DNA from: Alphaproteobacteria bacterium
Lineage (GTDB): Bacteria; Pseudomonadota; Alphaproteobacteria; UBA828
DNA: 64,000 nt
Direction: 5' to 3'
Assembly: GCA_965221125.1 (NCBI GenBank)
Contig: CBDCRW010000006.1
Location: 640,001 to 704,000 of the forward strand
In this document: piece by piece, positions 17,192 through 26,659 of the stretch
Layout of the letters: the number at the start of each line of letters is the position of its first letter
Position numbering within the stretch: position 1 is the first letter of the stretch
Notes under the pieces: generated by a model
What the model saw: only the letters and a program-made list of their open reading frames with translations
Databases searched by the model: none
Told to the model about the DNA's origin: nothing
Position numbers and translations under genes: made by a program

Positions 17192-17773
17192 CTACTCGAT
17201 GATGTGGCGCACCAGCGCGATCACGTCGGGATCGGACCAGTCGCGATCGCCCAGCACGCGGGCGACCTCCGCGCCCTCGGCATTGATGAAGACCGTGGCG
17301 GGGATGCCGTGCACCCGGAGCGCGCGGCCGGCCGCCATCTTCTCGTCGATCATGACCGGCAGCGTGACGAGGTCGTGGTCGTTGTAGTAGTTGCGGACGA
17401 GCGGGGCGCCGTCGCGGTCGAGCGAGAGCGGCAGGATGACCAGGTCGTCGCCAAATTCCCGCTGCAGCGCGTCCATGGTCGGCATCTCGGCCCGGCAGGG
17501 GAAGCACCAGGTCGCCCAGAAGTGCACGGCGACGGGCGTGCCCCTGTAGTCCGCGAGGGTCAGCTCCTCGCCGGCCTCGTCGGTGAACGCGATGGGCGGC
17601 GGCTCGATCGGCCCGTCGCTCACGACCAGGTTGAGGATCGCGCTGCCGTCGATGCGCTTGTCGAGCGCGCGCAACTCATCGCCTTCGGCGGCGAGCAGGG
17701 AGCCTGCGTAGAGTGCGGCGCCGATCACGGCGACGGCGGCGGCGAAGCGCCCGAGGGTTCGGAGTGAGGTCAT
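17192..17773 (-). CDS. TlpA-family thiol:disulfide oxidoreductase
   Basis: Signal/TM segment, then HFWATWCFPCRAEMP and GIPATVFI. Confidence 0.9.
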   Translation of the reverse strand: MTSLRTLGRFAAAVAVIGAALYAGSLLAAEGDELRALDKRIDGSAILNLVVSDGPIEPPPIAFTDEAGEELTLADYRGTPVAVHFWATWCFPCRAEMPTMDALQREFGDDLVILPLSLDRDGAPLVRNYYNDHDLVTLPVMIDEKMAAGRALRVHGIPATVFINAEGAEVARVLGDRDWSDPDVIALVRHIIE

Positions 17774-17838
17774 GGCCGTGGTTCCCGTGTCTGCCAACCG
17801 CTCATGCGGGCATAGATAGTAAGCCCGATGCCTGCTGC

Positions 17839-18657
17839 CTAGCGCCCCGCGGCGCGCTCACCATGATTTGAAGGCGGCTGAGCCTCGCTGGCTCCGGCAA
17901 TCGCATCGACGGCCGCGCAGAGGCGGGCGAGGTCCTCGTCGCGCGAGAGGCGGTGGTCGCCGTCCTTCACCAGCTCGACCGCGACGCGCTCGCTCGTGAC
18001 CCGCTCGGCGATCCGCAGAGCGGTGCGCCAGGGCACGTCGTCATCGCGCATGCCCTGCAGCAGGTGGATCGGGCAATCGAGCGCGATGGGTGCGCGCAGC
18101 AGGAGGTGATCGCGCCCCTCCTCGATCAGGCCCATGGTGATGGGATAGGGGTCCTCGCCGTAGTCGCAGGGCATGACGATTTCGCCGGCCTCGGCGAGGC
18201 CCTGCCGCGCCGCGTCGTCGAGGGTGGACCAGATGAGGTCCTCCGTGAAATCCGGCGCCGCCGCGACGCCGACGATGCCCGCCACGCGCTCGGGCCGCGC
18301 CAGGGCCACCAGCAGCATGATCCAGCCGCCCATGCTGGAGCCTACCAGGATCTGCGGGCCGCTCGCGACCTCGTCGAGCACGGCGAGGGCATCGTCCCGC
18401 CACGCGCCGATGGTGCCGTCCCGGAACGCGCCGCCGGACTCGCCGTGGCCGGAATAGTCGAAGCGCACGAAGGCGCGGCCGGCGCGGCGGCAGTGGGCGT
18501 CGAGCGCCGTGGCCTTGGTGCCTGTCATGTCCGACATGAAGCCGCCGAGGAACATCACGCCCGGCCCCGCGCCCTCCCGCACGCGGTAGGCGATGGCCTC
18601 GCCGCCGGGGCGATGCATCAGCGATGGCGGCGGAAGGTTCTGCATGGGCTCGCTCAT
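17839..18657 (-). CDS. Alpha/beta hydrolase (ABHD10-like)
   Basis: FLGGFMSDMTGTKA, RFDYSGHGES, GSSMGG nucleophile elbow, DGDHRLSR. Confidence 0.9.
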   Translation of the reverse strand: MSEPMQNLPPPSLMHRPGGEAIAYRVREGAGPGVMFLGGFMSDMTGTKATALDAHCRRAGRAFVRFDYSGHGESGGAFRDGTIGAWRDDALAVLDEVASGPQILVGSSMGGWIMLLVALARPERVAGIVGVAAAPDFTEDLIWSTLDDAARQGLAEAGEIVMPCDYGEDPYPITMGLIEEGRDHLLLRAPIALDCPIHLLQGMRDDDVPWRTALRIAERVTSERVAVELVKDGDHRLSRDEDLARLCAAVDAIAGASEAQPPSNHGERAAGR

Positions 18658-18679
18658 TCGATCCGGATGGCGGCCTGTC

Positions 18680-20095
18680 CTAATGAAACTCGACGTAGCG
18701 GTAGTCGAGGGGCTGGCCGTGGATGCCGCGCTTCGGCGGGGCGATCCAGCCGGCGACCCCGCCTGGCTCGGTCACCGGGTGCATCAGGGACTCGACGAAC
18801 GCGCGGTCCTCCGCGCTCGGCAGCCAGTCGTCGCGCTTTGCCGCCCAGGTCGCGTCGTCCACCAGCGTGCCGTCAGGCGCCGCACGGATGCCGGCGAAGG
18901 CGCCGATGTTGCGGTTGAAGACGCGGTGCGGCAGGCGCAGCTCGCAGTCGATGTCGAACGAGCGGGTCACCTTGTTGAAGCGGTTGAGGCCGCGCTGGCT
19001 GTCGTCCACGTAGGAATCGCGCAGCGTCTCGTTCATCGCCTTCAGCGCCGTCACCTCCCTGGCCGAGACCTTGCCGCCGTCCATGGCGGGCACCTTGACC
19101 ATGCGGTCCGTGAGCACGTGGTCGTCGTCGATCTTCGTCTCCTGGTAGCGGCCCTTCAGCCCCATGGCGTAGTAGTTGGCGGCGTTGGTCGATTCCTCGG
19201 AGCCGAAGAGGTCGAGGCAGATCGAGTAGTGGAGGTTGATCCACTTCTGCAGCAGCGCGAGCGGGATGGCGCCGAAGGGGGCGACGTCGTCGGTATCGTG
19301 CGCGCGCATCGTCTCGCAGGTCCGCTGCACGATGCGCATGACGCCGGATTCGCCCACGAACATGTGGTGGGCCTCCTCGGTCAGCATGAAGCGGCAGGTG
19401 CGCGACAACGGATCGAAACCGGACTCCGCGAGCGCGCAGAGCTGGAACTTGCCGTCACGGTCCTGGAAGAAGGTGTACATGAAGAAGGAGAGCCAGTCGT
19501 CGGTGGGCTCGTTGAAGGCCTCCAGCGTGCGGGGCTTGTCGGCGTCGCCTGCGTGGCGGGCCAGCAGCTCCTCCGCCTCCTCGCGCCCGTCGCGGCCGAA
19601 GAAGGCGTGCAGCAGGTAGACCATCGCCCAGAGGTGGCGGCCCTCCTCGACGTTGACCTGGTAGAGGTTGCGGAGGTCGTAGAGCGAGGGCGCGGTGAGC
19701 CCGAGCCGGCGCTGCTGCTCCACCGACGCGGGCTCGGTGTCGCCCTGGATGACGATGAGGCGCCGCAGCTCCGCGCGGTATTCGCCTGGCAGCTCCTGCC
19801 ACGCGGGCTCGCCCTTGTGGATGCCGAAGTTGATGCGCCGGTCGGCCTCGGGCTCGGCCAGGAAGATGCCCCAGCGGTAGTCGGGCATCCTGACGTGGTC
19901 GAAGTGCGCCCAGCCGTCGGAATCGACGCCGATGGCGGTGCGCAGGTAGACGTCGTGCTGCAATGCGCCGACGGGGCCGAGGTGGCGCCACCAGTCGAGG
20001 AAGGCCGGCTGCCAGCGCTCGAGCGCGCGCAGCAGGCGGCGGTCGTCGGCGAGGCCCACGTTGTTGGGGATGCGTTCGTTCAGGTCGACCCGCAT
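18680..20095 (-). CDS. boxB: Benzoyl-CoA 2,3-epoxidase subunit BoxB
   Basis: ERIPNNV, LIVIQGDTEPASVEQQ, di-iron ligands QVNVEEGRHLWAM and FMLTEEAHHMFVG. Confidence 0.94.
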   Translation of the reverse strand: MRVDLNERIPNNVGLADDRRLLRALERWQPAFLDWWRHLGPVGALQHDVYLRTAIGVDSDGWAHFDHVRMPDYRWGIFLAEPEADRRINFGIHKGEPAWQELPGEYRAELRRLIVIQGDTEPASVEQQRRLGLTAPSLYDLRNLYQVNVEEGRHLWAMVYLLHAFFGRDGREEAEELLARHAGDADKPRTLEAFNEPTDDWLSFFMYTFFQDRDGKFQLCALAESGFDPLSRTCRFMLTEEAHHMFVGESGVMRIVQRTCETMRAHDTDDVAPFGAIPLALLQKWINLHYSICLDLFGSEESTNAANYYAMGLKGRYQETKIDDDHVLTDRMVKVPAMDGGKVSAREVTALKAMNETLRDSYVDDSQRGLNRFNKVTRSFDIDCELRLPHRVFNRNIGAFAGIRAAPDGTLVDDATWAAKRDDWLPSAEDRAFVESLMHPVTEPGGVAGWIAPPKRGIHGQPLDYRYVEFH

Positions 20096-20110
20096 CGGCT
20101 TCTCCCGGTG

Positions 20111-21760
20111 CTAGACACGGTTGCGGTCGAAGGTGGGCTGCACGCCCGACCCGTAGAGCTTGAGCGCGCCGTCGGGGCCGACGGTGTTGGGGCGCTGAAA
20201 GATCCAGTTCTGCCAGGCGGAGAGGCGGCCGAAGATCTTGGTCTCGAGCGTCTCCGGCCCGGCGAAGCGGAGAGAGGCCTCCATGCCGGAGAGCGCGTCG
20301 GGCGAGAAGGCCGCGCGCGCCTCGATGGCGACGCGGACCTCGTCCTCCCAGTCGATATCGTCGGGCGCGAAGGTGACGAGGCCGAGCGCGTCCGCCGCCT
20401 CGGCGTCGAGGTTGTCGCCCACGGCATCGAGCGCCGCGGCGAGCGCCGCGTCGTCGCCGAAGAAGCGGCTCGCGAGCCGCGACAGCCCGTTCGCCATCGG
20501 CAGCGGGCCGGTGTTCATCGCCGTGAGCCGCACCGTCGCCGGCGCGAGGTTCGACTCCTCGAAGGTGCCGTCCAGCATGAAGCTGCGATCGGCGGCAAGC
20601 GCCAGCTCCAGCAGCGTGCCGGTGAAGCAGGAGCCCGGCTCGATCAGCGCGACGAGGCTGCGCGCGCTCACGTCGAGGCGCTTGAGCGTGCGCTTGAGGT
20701 AGAGGGTGATCTCGCGCACCAGCCAGTCGCCGGCGTGATCGGCGAGCGCGGCATCGGCCGCGGCGACATGGTCGGCCGCGCCCGCCGTCCTGAGGATCCA
20801 GGTGCCGAGCGTTGGCTCGTTGAAGCGGAGATGCAGGATCGCGTCGTCGAGCTCGCGCGCGAGCGCCAGCGGCCAGAAGTCGGGGCCGGCGGCGTGGATC
20901 GCGGCGGGCTCGGCAGGCGGCGGCGCGTCGGGCGCGGAGACCGTGAGCGTCGCCGTGCCCTGCGCCCGGTCGAGCGCGACGTGGACGTGGGCGTAGGCGA
21001 TGGCGTCGTCACTCACGCTGCGGGCAAGCGGGGTGAGCGCGATTCCCTGCGTATCGGCCGGCCGGTCCGAGCCCTCGGCAAGCGCAGTAGCGCGGGCGGC
21101 CACGGCGTCGCCCAGGCGGGAGCGCGGCACCAGCTCGTCGACCAGGTTCCACTCCAGCGCGCGGCGCCCGCGCACGCCTTCGCCGGTGGTGCAGAAGAAG
21201 TCGGCACGGTCTCGGCGCACACAGCGCTTGTCGACGACGCGCGTGAGCCCGCCGGTGCCCGGCAGGACCGCGAGCAGCGGCACCTCGGGCAGCGACACGG
21301 CGGTCGAGCCGTCATCCACCAGGAGGATGTGGTCGGTGGCGAGCGCCAGCTCGTAGCCGCCGCCCGCGGCGGTGCCGGCGACCACGGTCATCCAGCGCTG
21401 GCCGGAGTTGGCGGACGCGTCCTCGATGGCGTTGCGGGTCTCGTTGGTGAACTTGCAGAAGTTGACCTTGTCGATGTGGGACGAGCGGGAGAGCATCGCG
21501 ATGTTGGCGCCGGCGCAGAACACGCGGTCCTTCGCGGACGTGAGCACCACGGCGCGCACCTGCGGGTGCTCGAAGCGGAGCCGCTGGACGGCGTCGTGGA
21601 GCTCGATATCGACGCCGAGGTCGTAGGAGTTGAGCTTGAGCGTGTAGTCGCCGGCGATGGCACCGTTCTCGTCCACGTCGAGCGCGAGCGTGGCGATGGC
21701 GCCGTCCACGGAGAGCCGCCAGTGGCGGTAGTCGTCCGGCCGGGTGCGGAAGTCGATCAT
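20111..21760 (-). CDS. boxC: 2,3-epoxybenzoyl-CoA dihydrolase BoxC
   Basis: IDFRTRPDDYRHWRL, LKLNSYDLGVDIELHDAVQRLRFEHP, KVNFCKFTNETRN, LSAWQNWIFQRPN. Start at ATG 21760 after GGAG. Confidence 0.94.
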   Translation of the reverse strand: MIDFRTRPDDYRHWRLSVDGAIATLALDVDENGAIAGDYTLKLNSYDLGVDIELHDAVQRLRFEHPQVRAVVLTSAKDRVFCAGANIAMLSRSSHIDKVNFCKFTNETRNAIEDASANSGQRWMTVVAGTAAGGGYELALATDHILLVDDGSTAVSLPEVPLLAVLPGTGGLTRVVDKRCVRRDRADFFCTTGEGVRGRRALEWNLVDELVPRSRLGDAVAARATALAEGSDRPADTQGIALTPLARSVSDDAIAYAHVHVALDRAQGTATLTVSAPDAPPPAEPAAIHAAGPDFWPLALARELDDAILHLRFNEPTLGTWILRTAGAADHVAAADAALADHAGDWLVREITLYLKRTLKRLDVSARSLVALIEPGSCFTGTLLELALAADRSFMLDGTFEESNLAPATVRLTAMNTGPLPMANGLSRLASRFFGDDAALAAALDAVGDNLDAEAADALGLVTFAPDDIDWEDEVRVAIEARAAFSPDALSGMEASLRFAGPETLETKIFGRLSAWQNWIFQRPNTVGPDGALKLYGSGVQPTFDRNRV

Positions 21761-21879
21761 CGTCTCCGTCGTCCGTCGGGAAGCCGGGCCGCTCCCCGAT
21801 TGAGACCGCGTTGCGCAGACTATATGGCGTCTCCCGGCCCGCCATCCACGGAAATCGGGGCGCGGCACGCCGAGCGGGG

Positions 21880-23196
21880 CTACTCCTTGGGGCGCAGGTC
21901 GAAGACCCGCCTGGCCTTGCCGCCGGAGCGCTCGATCGAGCCGGGCTCGCCGACCCTGACCGTGCTGCCGATGCCGACGAGCGCCCTGATGCGCCCCGCG
22001 AGGTCGCGCGCTGCCGCCTTCCGGCTCTCGCTGCCGGCGGCGTCGGGCTTGGCCTCGACCACGACCGTCAGCTCGTCGAGACGGCCGGGCCGCGAGACCT
22101 CGAGGTAGTAGTGCGGCGAGAGGCGCGAGTCCTCCAGCACGATCTCCTCGATGAACGACGGGAAAAGGTTGACGCCGCGGATGATCAGCATGTCGTCGTT
22201 GCGCCCCGTGACGCGGCGCATCCGCCGCATGGTGCGCGCGGTGCCGGGCAGCAGCCGGGTAAGGTCGCGGGTGCGGTAGCGCACGATGGGGCAGGCCTCC
22301 TTGGTCAGCGAGGTGATGACCAGCTCGCCCGCCCCGCCGTCGGGCAGGACGGCGCCGGTCTCGGGATCGACGACCTCGGGGTAGAAGTGGTCCTCCCAGA
22401 TGTGGAGGCCGTCCTTGTCCTCTATGCATTCGACCGAGACGCCGGGGCCGATGGCCTCGGAGCAGCCGTAGATGTCGATCGCCTGCATGGTGAAGCGGGC
22501 CTCGATCTCGGCGCGCATCGCCTCGGTCCAGGGTTCCGCGCCGTGCACGCCGATCTGCAGCGAGGAGCGCCGCGGGTCCACGCCCAGACGCTCGAACTCG
22601 TCGGCGATGGCCAGCATGTAGGAGGGCGTGGCGGCGATGACCCGGGGCTCGAAGTCGCAGATCATGCCGACCTGACGCTCGGTGAAGCCGCCGGAGGCCG
22701 GGACCACGGTGCAGCCCAGCTTCTCGGCGCCCGCGTGCAAGCCGAGGCCGCCGGTGAAGAGCCCGTAGCCGTAGGCGATGTGCACCATGTCGCCGGCGCG
22801 CGTGCCGGCGGCGCGCAGGCAGCGGGCGACGAGGGACGCCCACGTCTCCAGGTCGGCCCTGGTGTAGCCGACGACCGTGGGGATTCCGGTGGTGCCGCTC
22901 GACGCGTGGACGCGCATGATCTGCTCGATGGGCACCGCGAACATGTCGAAGGGGTAGCCCAGGCGGAGGTCGTCCTTGACCGTGAAGGGGAAGCTGGCGA
23001 GATCGTCGAGGGAGGCGAGGTCGGCCGGGCTCACGCCGGCCTCGTCGAAGCTCCTCCTGTAGTGGCCGATATTGTCGTAGGCGCGCGCGAGGGTTGCGCG
23101 GAGCCGGGTAAGCTGCAGCGCGGCGATTTCGTCGCGGCTCGCGGTCTCGATCGGGTCGAGCTCGTCCGGGCGCGGGGGGCGAGCGGGCTCGGTCAT
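21880..23196 (-). CDS. paaK: Phenylacetate-CoA ligase family protein
   Basis: LDPIETASRDEI, RVHASSGTTG.PTVVGYT, AYGYGLFTGGLG.H.GAE, RYRTRDLT, GRNDDMLIIRGVN. Confidence 0.92.
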   Translation of the reverse strand: MTEPARPPRPDELDPIETASRDEIAALQLTRLRATLARAYDNIGHYRRSFDEAGVSPADLASLDDLASFPFTVKDDLRLGYPFDMFAVPIEQIMRVHASSGTTGIPTVVGYTRADLETWASLVARCLRAAGTRAGDMVHIAYGYGLFTGGLGLHAGAEKLGCTVVPASGGFTERQVGMICDFEPRVIAATPSYMLAIADEFERLGVDPRRSSLQIGVHGAEPWTEAMRAEIEARFTMQAIDIYGCSEAIGPGVSVECIEDKDGLHIWEDHFYPEVVDPETGAVLPDGGAGELVITSLTKEACPIVRYRTRDLTRLLPGTARTMRRMRRVTGRNDDMLIIRGVNLFPSFIEEIVLEDSRLSPHYYLEVSRPGRLDELTVVVEAKPDAAGSESRKAAARDLAGRIRALVGIGSTVRVGEPGSIERSGGKARRVFDLRPKE

Positions 23197-23252
23197 GGCA
23201 TCCCTCCAGCAGTGGGGCACCATAACCCATCGCGCGCCGGGCGGCCGTCCGT

Positions 23253-23410
23253 TGATTCCGCGCGCCTCTCGGCTGTCCCTTGACTCCGCGCGCCTCTCGG
23301 CGCGACTGATTCCGCGCGCCTCTCGGCGCGACTGATTCCGCGCGCCTCTCGGCGCGACTGATTCCGCGCGCCTCTCGGCGCGACTGATTCCGCGCGCCTC
23401 TCGGCGCGAC
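23253..23410. repeat. Tandem array of a 26-bp hairpin-forming unit, 6 copies
   Basis: Unit TGATTCCGCGCGCCTCTCGGCGCGAC: four perfect copies at 23307, 23333, 23359 and 23385, variants at 23253 and 23281. Each intact unit holds a CGCGCC-TCTC-GGCGCG inverted repeat. Confidence 0.95.
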
Positions 23411-23415
23411 CCGCG

Positions 23416-23444
23416 TTGACAGGCTCGCGCCGGGCGCGGATAGT
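23416..23444 (+). promoter_or_regulatory. Putative sigma70 promoter of pheA
   Basis: TTGACA-N17-GATAGT, about 55 nt upstream of the pheA ATG. Confidence 0.6.
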
Positions 23445-23498
23445 CCGGCGCCTGTTCCGGTGACGGCCGTTGCGGCAGCCCACACAGGCTTGCGTCCC

Positions 23499-24401
23499 AT
23501 GTCCTCATCAACGAACTCGACCGACAGCAGCACCGGCGCGGACGATCCGGCCACGGTGATCGCGTTCCAGGGCGCGCCCGGCGCCTATTCCGAGGCCGCC
23601 TGCGTGGCCCGCTACCCGGCGATGACCACGCTCCCCTGCAGGACCTTCGTGGACACCTTCGCCGCGGTCTCGGACGGTCGCGCGGGGCTCGCGATGATCC
23701 CCATCGAGAACTCGGCGGCGGGCCGCGTGGCCGACATCCACGAGCTGCTGCCCAAGTCCGACCTCCACATCATCGCCGAGCACTTCGAGCGCGTCCGCCA
23801 CAACCTCCTCGCCTGCCGGGGCGCCGATCCGTCGGGGCTCGAGACCGTGCGCTCGCACGTCCATGCGCTCTCCCAGTGCCGCAAGCTTATCGCCCGGCGG
23901 AAGCTGCTGCCGGTGGTGCACGCGGACACCGCAGGCGCCGCCGCCGAGGTGGCTGCGGCGGGCGATCCCACCCGTGCCGCGATCGCCTCCCTGCTCGCGG
24001 CGGAAACGTATGGGCTCGAGATCGTCGAGGCGAACGTCGAGGACGAGGCCCACAACACCACGCGCTTCGTGGTGCTCTCGCGCGAGCCGCTCGACCCCGA
24101 CCCCGACGCAGGGCCGGTAATCACCTCCTTCATGTTCGAGTGCCGCAACGTGCCGGCGGCGCTCTACAAGTGCCTCGGCGGCTTCGCCACCAACGGCGTC
24201 AACATGACCAAGCTGGAGAGCTACATGGTGGGCGGCACCTTCTCGGCCACGGTCTTCTTCTCCGAGGTCGAGGGGCATCCGTCGGATATGGGGCTCGGAC
24301 GTGCTCTGGCCGAGCTCGACTACTTCTCGCGGGAAGTGCGGATCATGGGCGTCTATCCGGCCCACTCGTTTCGACGCGAAGAGGCCGCCAACCGACGCTG
24401 A
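23499..24401 (+). CDS. pheA: Prephenate dehydratase
   Basis: IAFQGAPGAYS, IPIENSAAGRV, SHVHALSQC, NTTRF, ACT domain RNVPAALYKCLGGFATNGVNMTKLES. Confidence 0.95.
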   Translation: MSSSTNSTDSSTGADDPATVIAFQGAPGAYSEAACVARYPAMTTLPCRTFVDTFAAVSDGRAGLAMIPIENSAAGRVADIHELLPKSDLHIIAEHFERVRHNLLACRGADPSGLETVRSHVHALSQCRKLIARRKLLPVVHADTAGAAAEVAAAGDPTRAAIASLLAAETYGLEIVEANVEDEAHNTTRFVVLSREPLDPDPDAGPVITSFMFECRNVPAALYKCLGGFATNGVNMTKLESYMVGGTFSATVFFSEVEGHPSDMGLGRALAELDYFSREVRIMGVYPAHSFRREEAANRR

Positions 24402-24446
24402 CCGATGCGCGCCGCGGGCGCAGCCGAATTCCGGGGCCGAGCCGAC

Positions 24447-24719
24447 ATGCACGATCCTGCACTCACGCCGCTGCGCTGGACCTTCAGCTGGCCCGTGATC
24501 CGCAACTCGCTGATGGTCGGCGCGGTGGTCGGCACCATCCTCAACATGATCAACCAGGGCGATCACCTGGCCGGCGACGGCACGGTCAACTGGTTCAAGT
24601 TCGGGCTGACCTACTGCGTGCCGTTCTGCGTCGCCACCTTCGGCGCCTTCGCCGCCGCGCGGATCTTCGCGAGGCAGATGCGCGAGCAGAGGGAGGGCGG
24701 CGGCCGGCGCACCCTCTGA
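24447..24719 (+). CDS. nrtS: NrtS-family small membrane protein (nitrate/nitrite transporter-like)
   Basis: VVGTILNMINQGD...WFKFGLTYCVPFCVATFG signature. Start may be 24405. Confidence 0.75.
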   Translation: MHDPALTPLRWTFSWPVIRNSLMVGAVVGTILNMINQGDHLAGDGTVNWFKFGLTYCVPFCVATFGAFAAARIFARQMREQREGGGRRTL

Positions 24720-24867
24720 CCGCGGAGGCGGCCAAGGCGTTTCCGCGCCGGCGCTTCGAGAGGCCGGTGGAGAGCCACGGGACGGACTACAGGGTCCGGC
24801 GCGTTGTCGCCCGGCGCGCCGGCTGATAGCGTGAGCTGCGCGCTGACATGGTGCTGGGAATAGGCCG

Positions 24868-26586
24868 ATGACATTCGATCTTCTGATCCGCAACGGAACC
24901 CTGGTGGACGGCTCGGGCATGCCCCGCTACCGGGCGGACGTCGGCATCAGCCAGGGCCGCATCGCGGAAATCGGCCGGATTTCCAGCCCCGCCGCCGAGA
25001 CGATCGACGCCGAGGGCATGATCGTCGCACCCGGCTTCATCGACGGCCACACCCACATGGACGCGCAGGTGGCGTGGGACCCGGCGGGCACGTGCTCCTG
25101 CTGGCACGGCGTGACCAGCGTGGTGATGGGCAACTGCGGCTTCGCGCTGGCGCCGTGCAAGCCGGAGGCGAGAGAGTGGTTTGCCGAATGCCTGGAGGCG
25201 GTCGAGGACATCCCCAAGGACGCCATGGTGGCCGGGATCGACTGGCGCTGGGAGACCTTCCCCGAGTATCTCGCGGCCGTCGAATCGTTCCCGAAGGCCA
25301 TCAACTACGCCGCCTACATCGGCCACTCGGCGCTCAGGATGTACGCGATGGGCGATCGCGCCCTGGACGAGGAGGCGGGTGAGGACGACCTCAGGCTCAT
25401 GGCGGACCTGGTGCAGGAGGCGCTCCGCGCCGGCGCAGTGGGGTTCTCCTCGTCCCGGTCCAACACCCATATCCGCCCGGACGGCGGCCCGGTGGCGAGC
25501 CGCATCGCCAGCTGGTCGGAGATCGCGCACCTGGTGGACGCGATGGCCGAGCTCAACGCCGGCATCTTCCAGATCGGCCCCGACGTCTCCGGCGGCGAGG
25601 CGCAGCGCGCCTGCCTGGACGAGCTGACCAGGATCGCGGTCTCGAGCCGGCGCCCGCTGATGCTGGGAGTCTTCGCCTCGCGCCAGGGCGACCGGCCCAA
25701 TCCCCTGGAATACCAGTTCGAGTGGATGGACCGGGTCGCGGCCGAAGGCGGGCGGGTGCTGGGGCAGGCCACCACGCGCTCGATCAACGCGATCTTCTCG
25801 CTCAAATCCTACCTGCCGTTCGACGGGCTGCCGGCCTGGGCCGCCATCCGCGGCCTGCCCGTCGCGGAGCAGAAGGCCCGCTTCCGCGATGCGGACATCC
25901 GCGCCGGCCTCGTCGCGGCGGAAGCGGGGATGCAGCCGCGGGGCACCGAGTTCCAGGGCGGCGGCGCGGCCACCACGAACCCGATGAAGCCCGACTACGC
26001 CAACCTCTTCCCGATGTTCGACGTGAACTGGGACGAGCCCAGCATCGAGGACCTCGCGCAGTCCTCCGGGCGGCACCCCGTCGAGGTCATGCTCGACCTG
26101 ATGGTGGAGAACGAGGACCTGCTCTTCGTCCAGCCGCTAGTGAACGAGACGCCGGACGAGGTTCGCCGGATGCTGGGGAACCCCCGCTCGCTCGCCACCT
26201 TCTCCGATTCCGGCGCGCACGTGTGCCAGGAGATGGGCTCGTCGCTGCAGACCCACCTGCTGAGCTACTGGGTGCGCGCCAAGCAGGCGTTCACCCTGGA
26301 GGAAGCGGTGCGGATGCTGACCTTCCAGAACGCGTCCGCCTGGGGCATGCACGACCGGGGCCTGCTGCGCCCCGGCTTCGCCGCGGACATCGTGGTCTTC
26401 GACGAGACGACGGTGCGCCCGCGGCTGCCCACGGTTCAGCACGACCTGCCCGGCGGCGCGCGGCGGCTGGTACAGAAGGCCGACGGCTTCGCCGCCACGG
26501 TGGTGGGCGGCGCCGTCACGCTCAAGCACGGCGAGCCGACCGGCGCGCATCCCGGCCAGCTCATCCGCGGGGGCGCAGCCCGATAG
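24868..26586 (+). CDS. N-acyl-D-amino-acid deacylase family amidohydrolase
   Basis: FDLLIRNGTLVDGSG, APGFIDGHTHMDAQ, HGVTSVVMGNCG, SDSGAHV, DRGLLRPGFAADIVVFD. Confidence 0.9.
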   Translation: MTFDLLIRNGTLVDGSGMPRYRADVGISQGRIAEIGRISSPAAETIDAEGMIVAPGFIDGHTHMDAQVAWDPAGTCSCWHGVTSVVMGNCGFALAPCKPEAREWFAECLEAVEDIPKDAMVAGIDWRWETFPEYLAAVESFPKAINYAAYIGHSALRMYAMGDRALDEEAGEDDLRLMADLVQEALRAGAVGFSSSRSNTHIRPDGGPVASRIASWSEIAHLVDAMAELNAGIFQIGPDVSGGEAQRACLDELTRIAVSSRRPLMLGVFASRQGDRPNPLEYQFEWMDRVAAEGGRVLGQATTRSINAIFSLKSYLPFDGLPAWAAIRGLPVAEQKARFRDADIRAGLVAAEAGMQPRGTEFQGGGAATTNPMKPDYANLFPMFDVNWDEPSIEDLAQSSGRHPVEVMLDLMVENEDLLFVQPLVNETPDEVRRMLGNPRSLATFSDSGAHVCQEMGSSLQTHLLSYWVRAKQAFTLEEAVRMLTFQNASAWGMHDRGLLRPGFAADIVVFDETTVRPRLPTVQHDLPGGARRLVQKADGFAATVVGGAVTLKHGEPTGAHPGQLIRGGAAR

Positions 26587-26659
26587 AGTGCTCTCCGACC
26601 GGATGGAAGCGTTCGCGGTTGCCGCAGGATCACGTCATGCGGAGCCTGGGCGAGCCTGC

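Noticed and set aside
23253-23410. CRISPR array
   Set aside because: Palindromic repeats are head-to-tail with no unique spacers, and no cas genes are present.
20111-23554. 1147-aa BoxC fusion and 543-aa extended PaaK with repeated ARREARG peptides
   Set aside because: The extensions are read-through of the paaK alternate frame and the 26-bp repeat; real starts with RBS are at 21760 and 23196.
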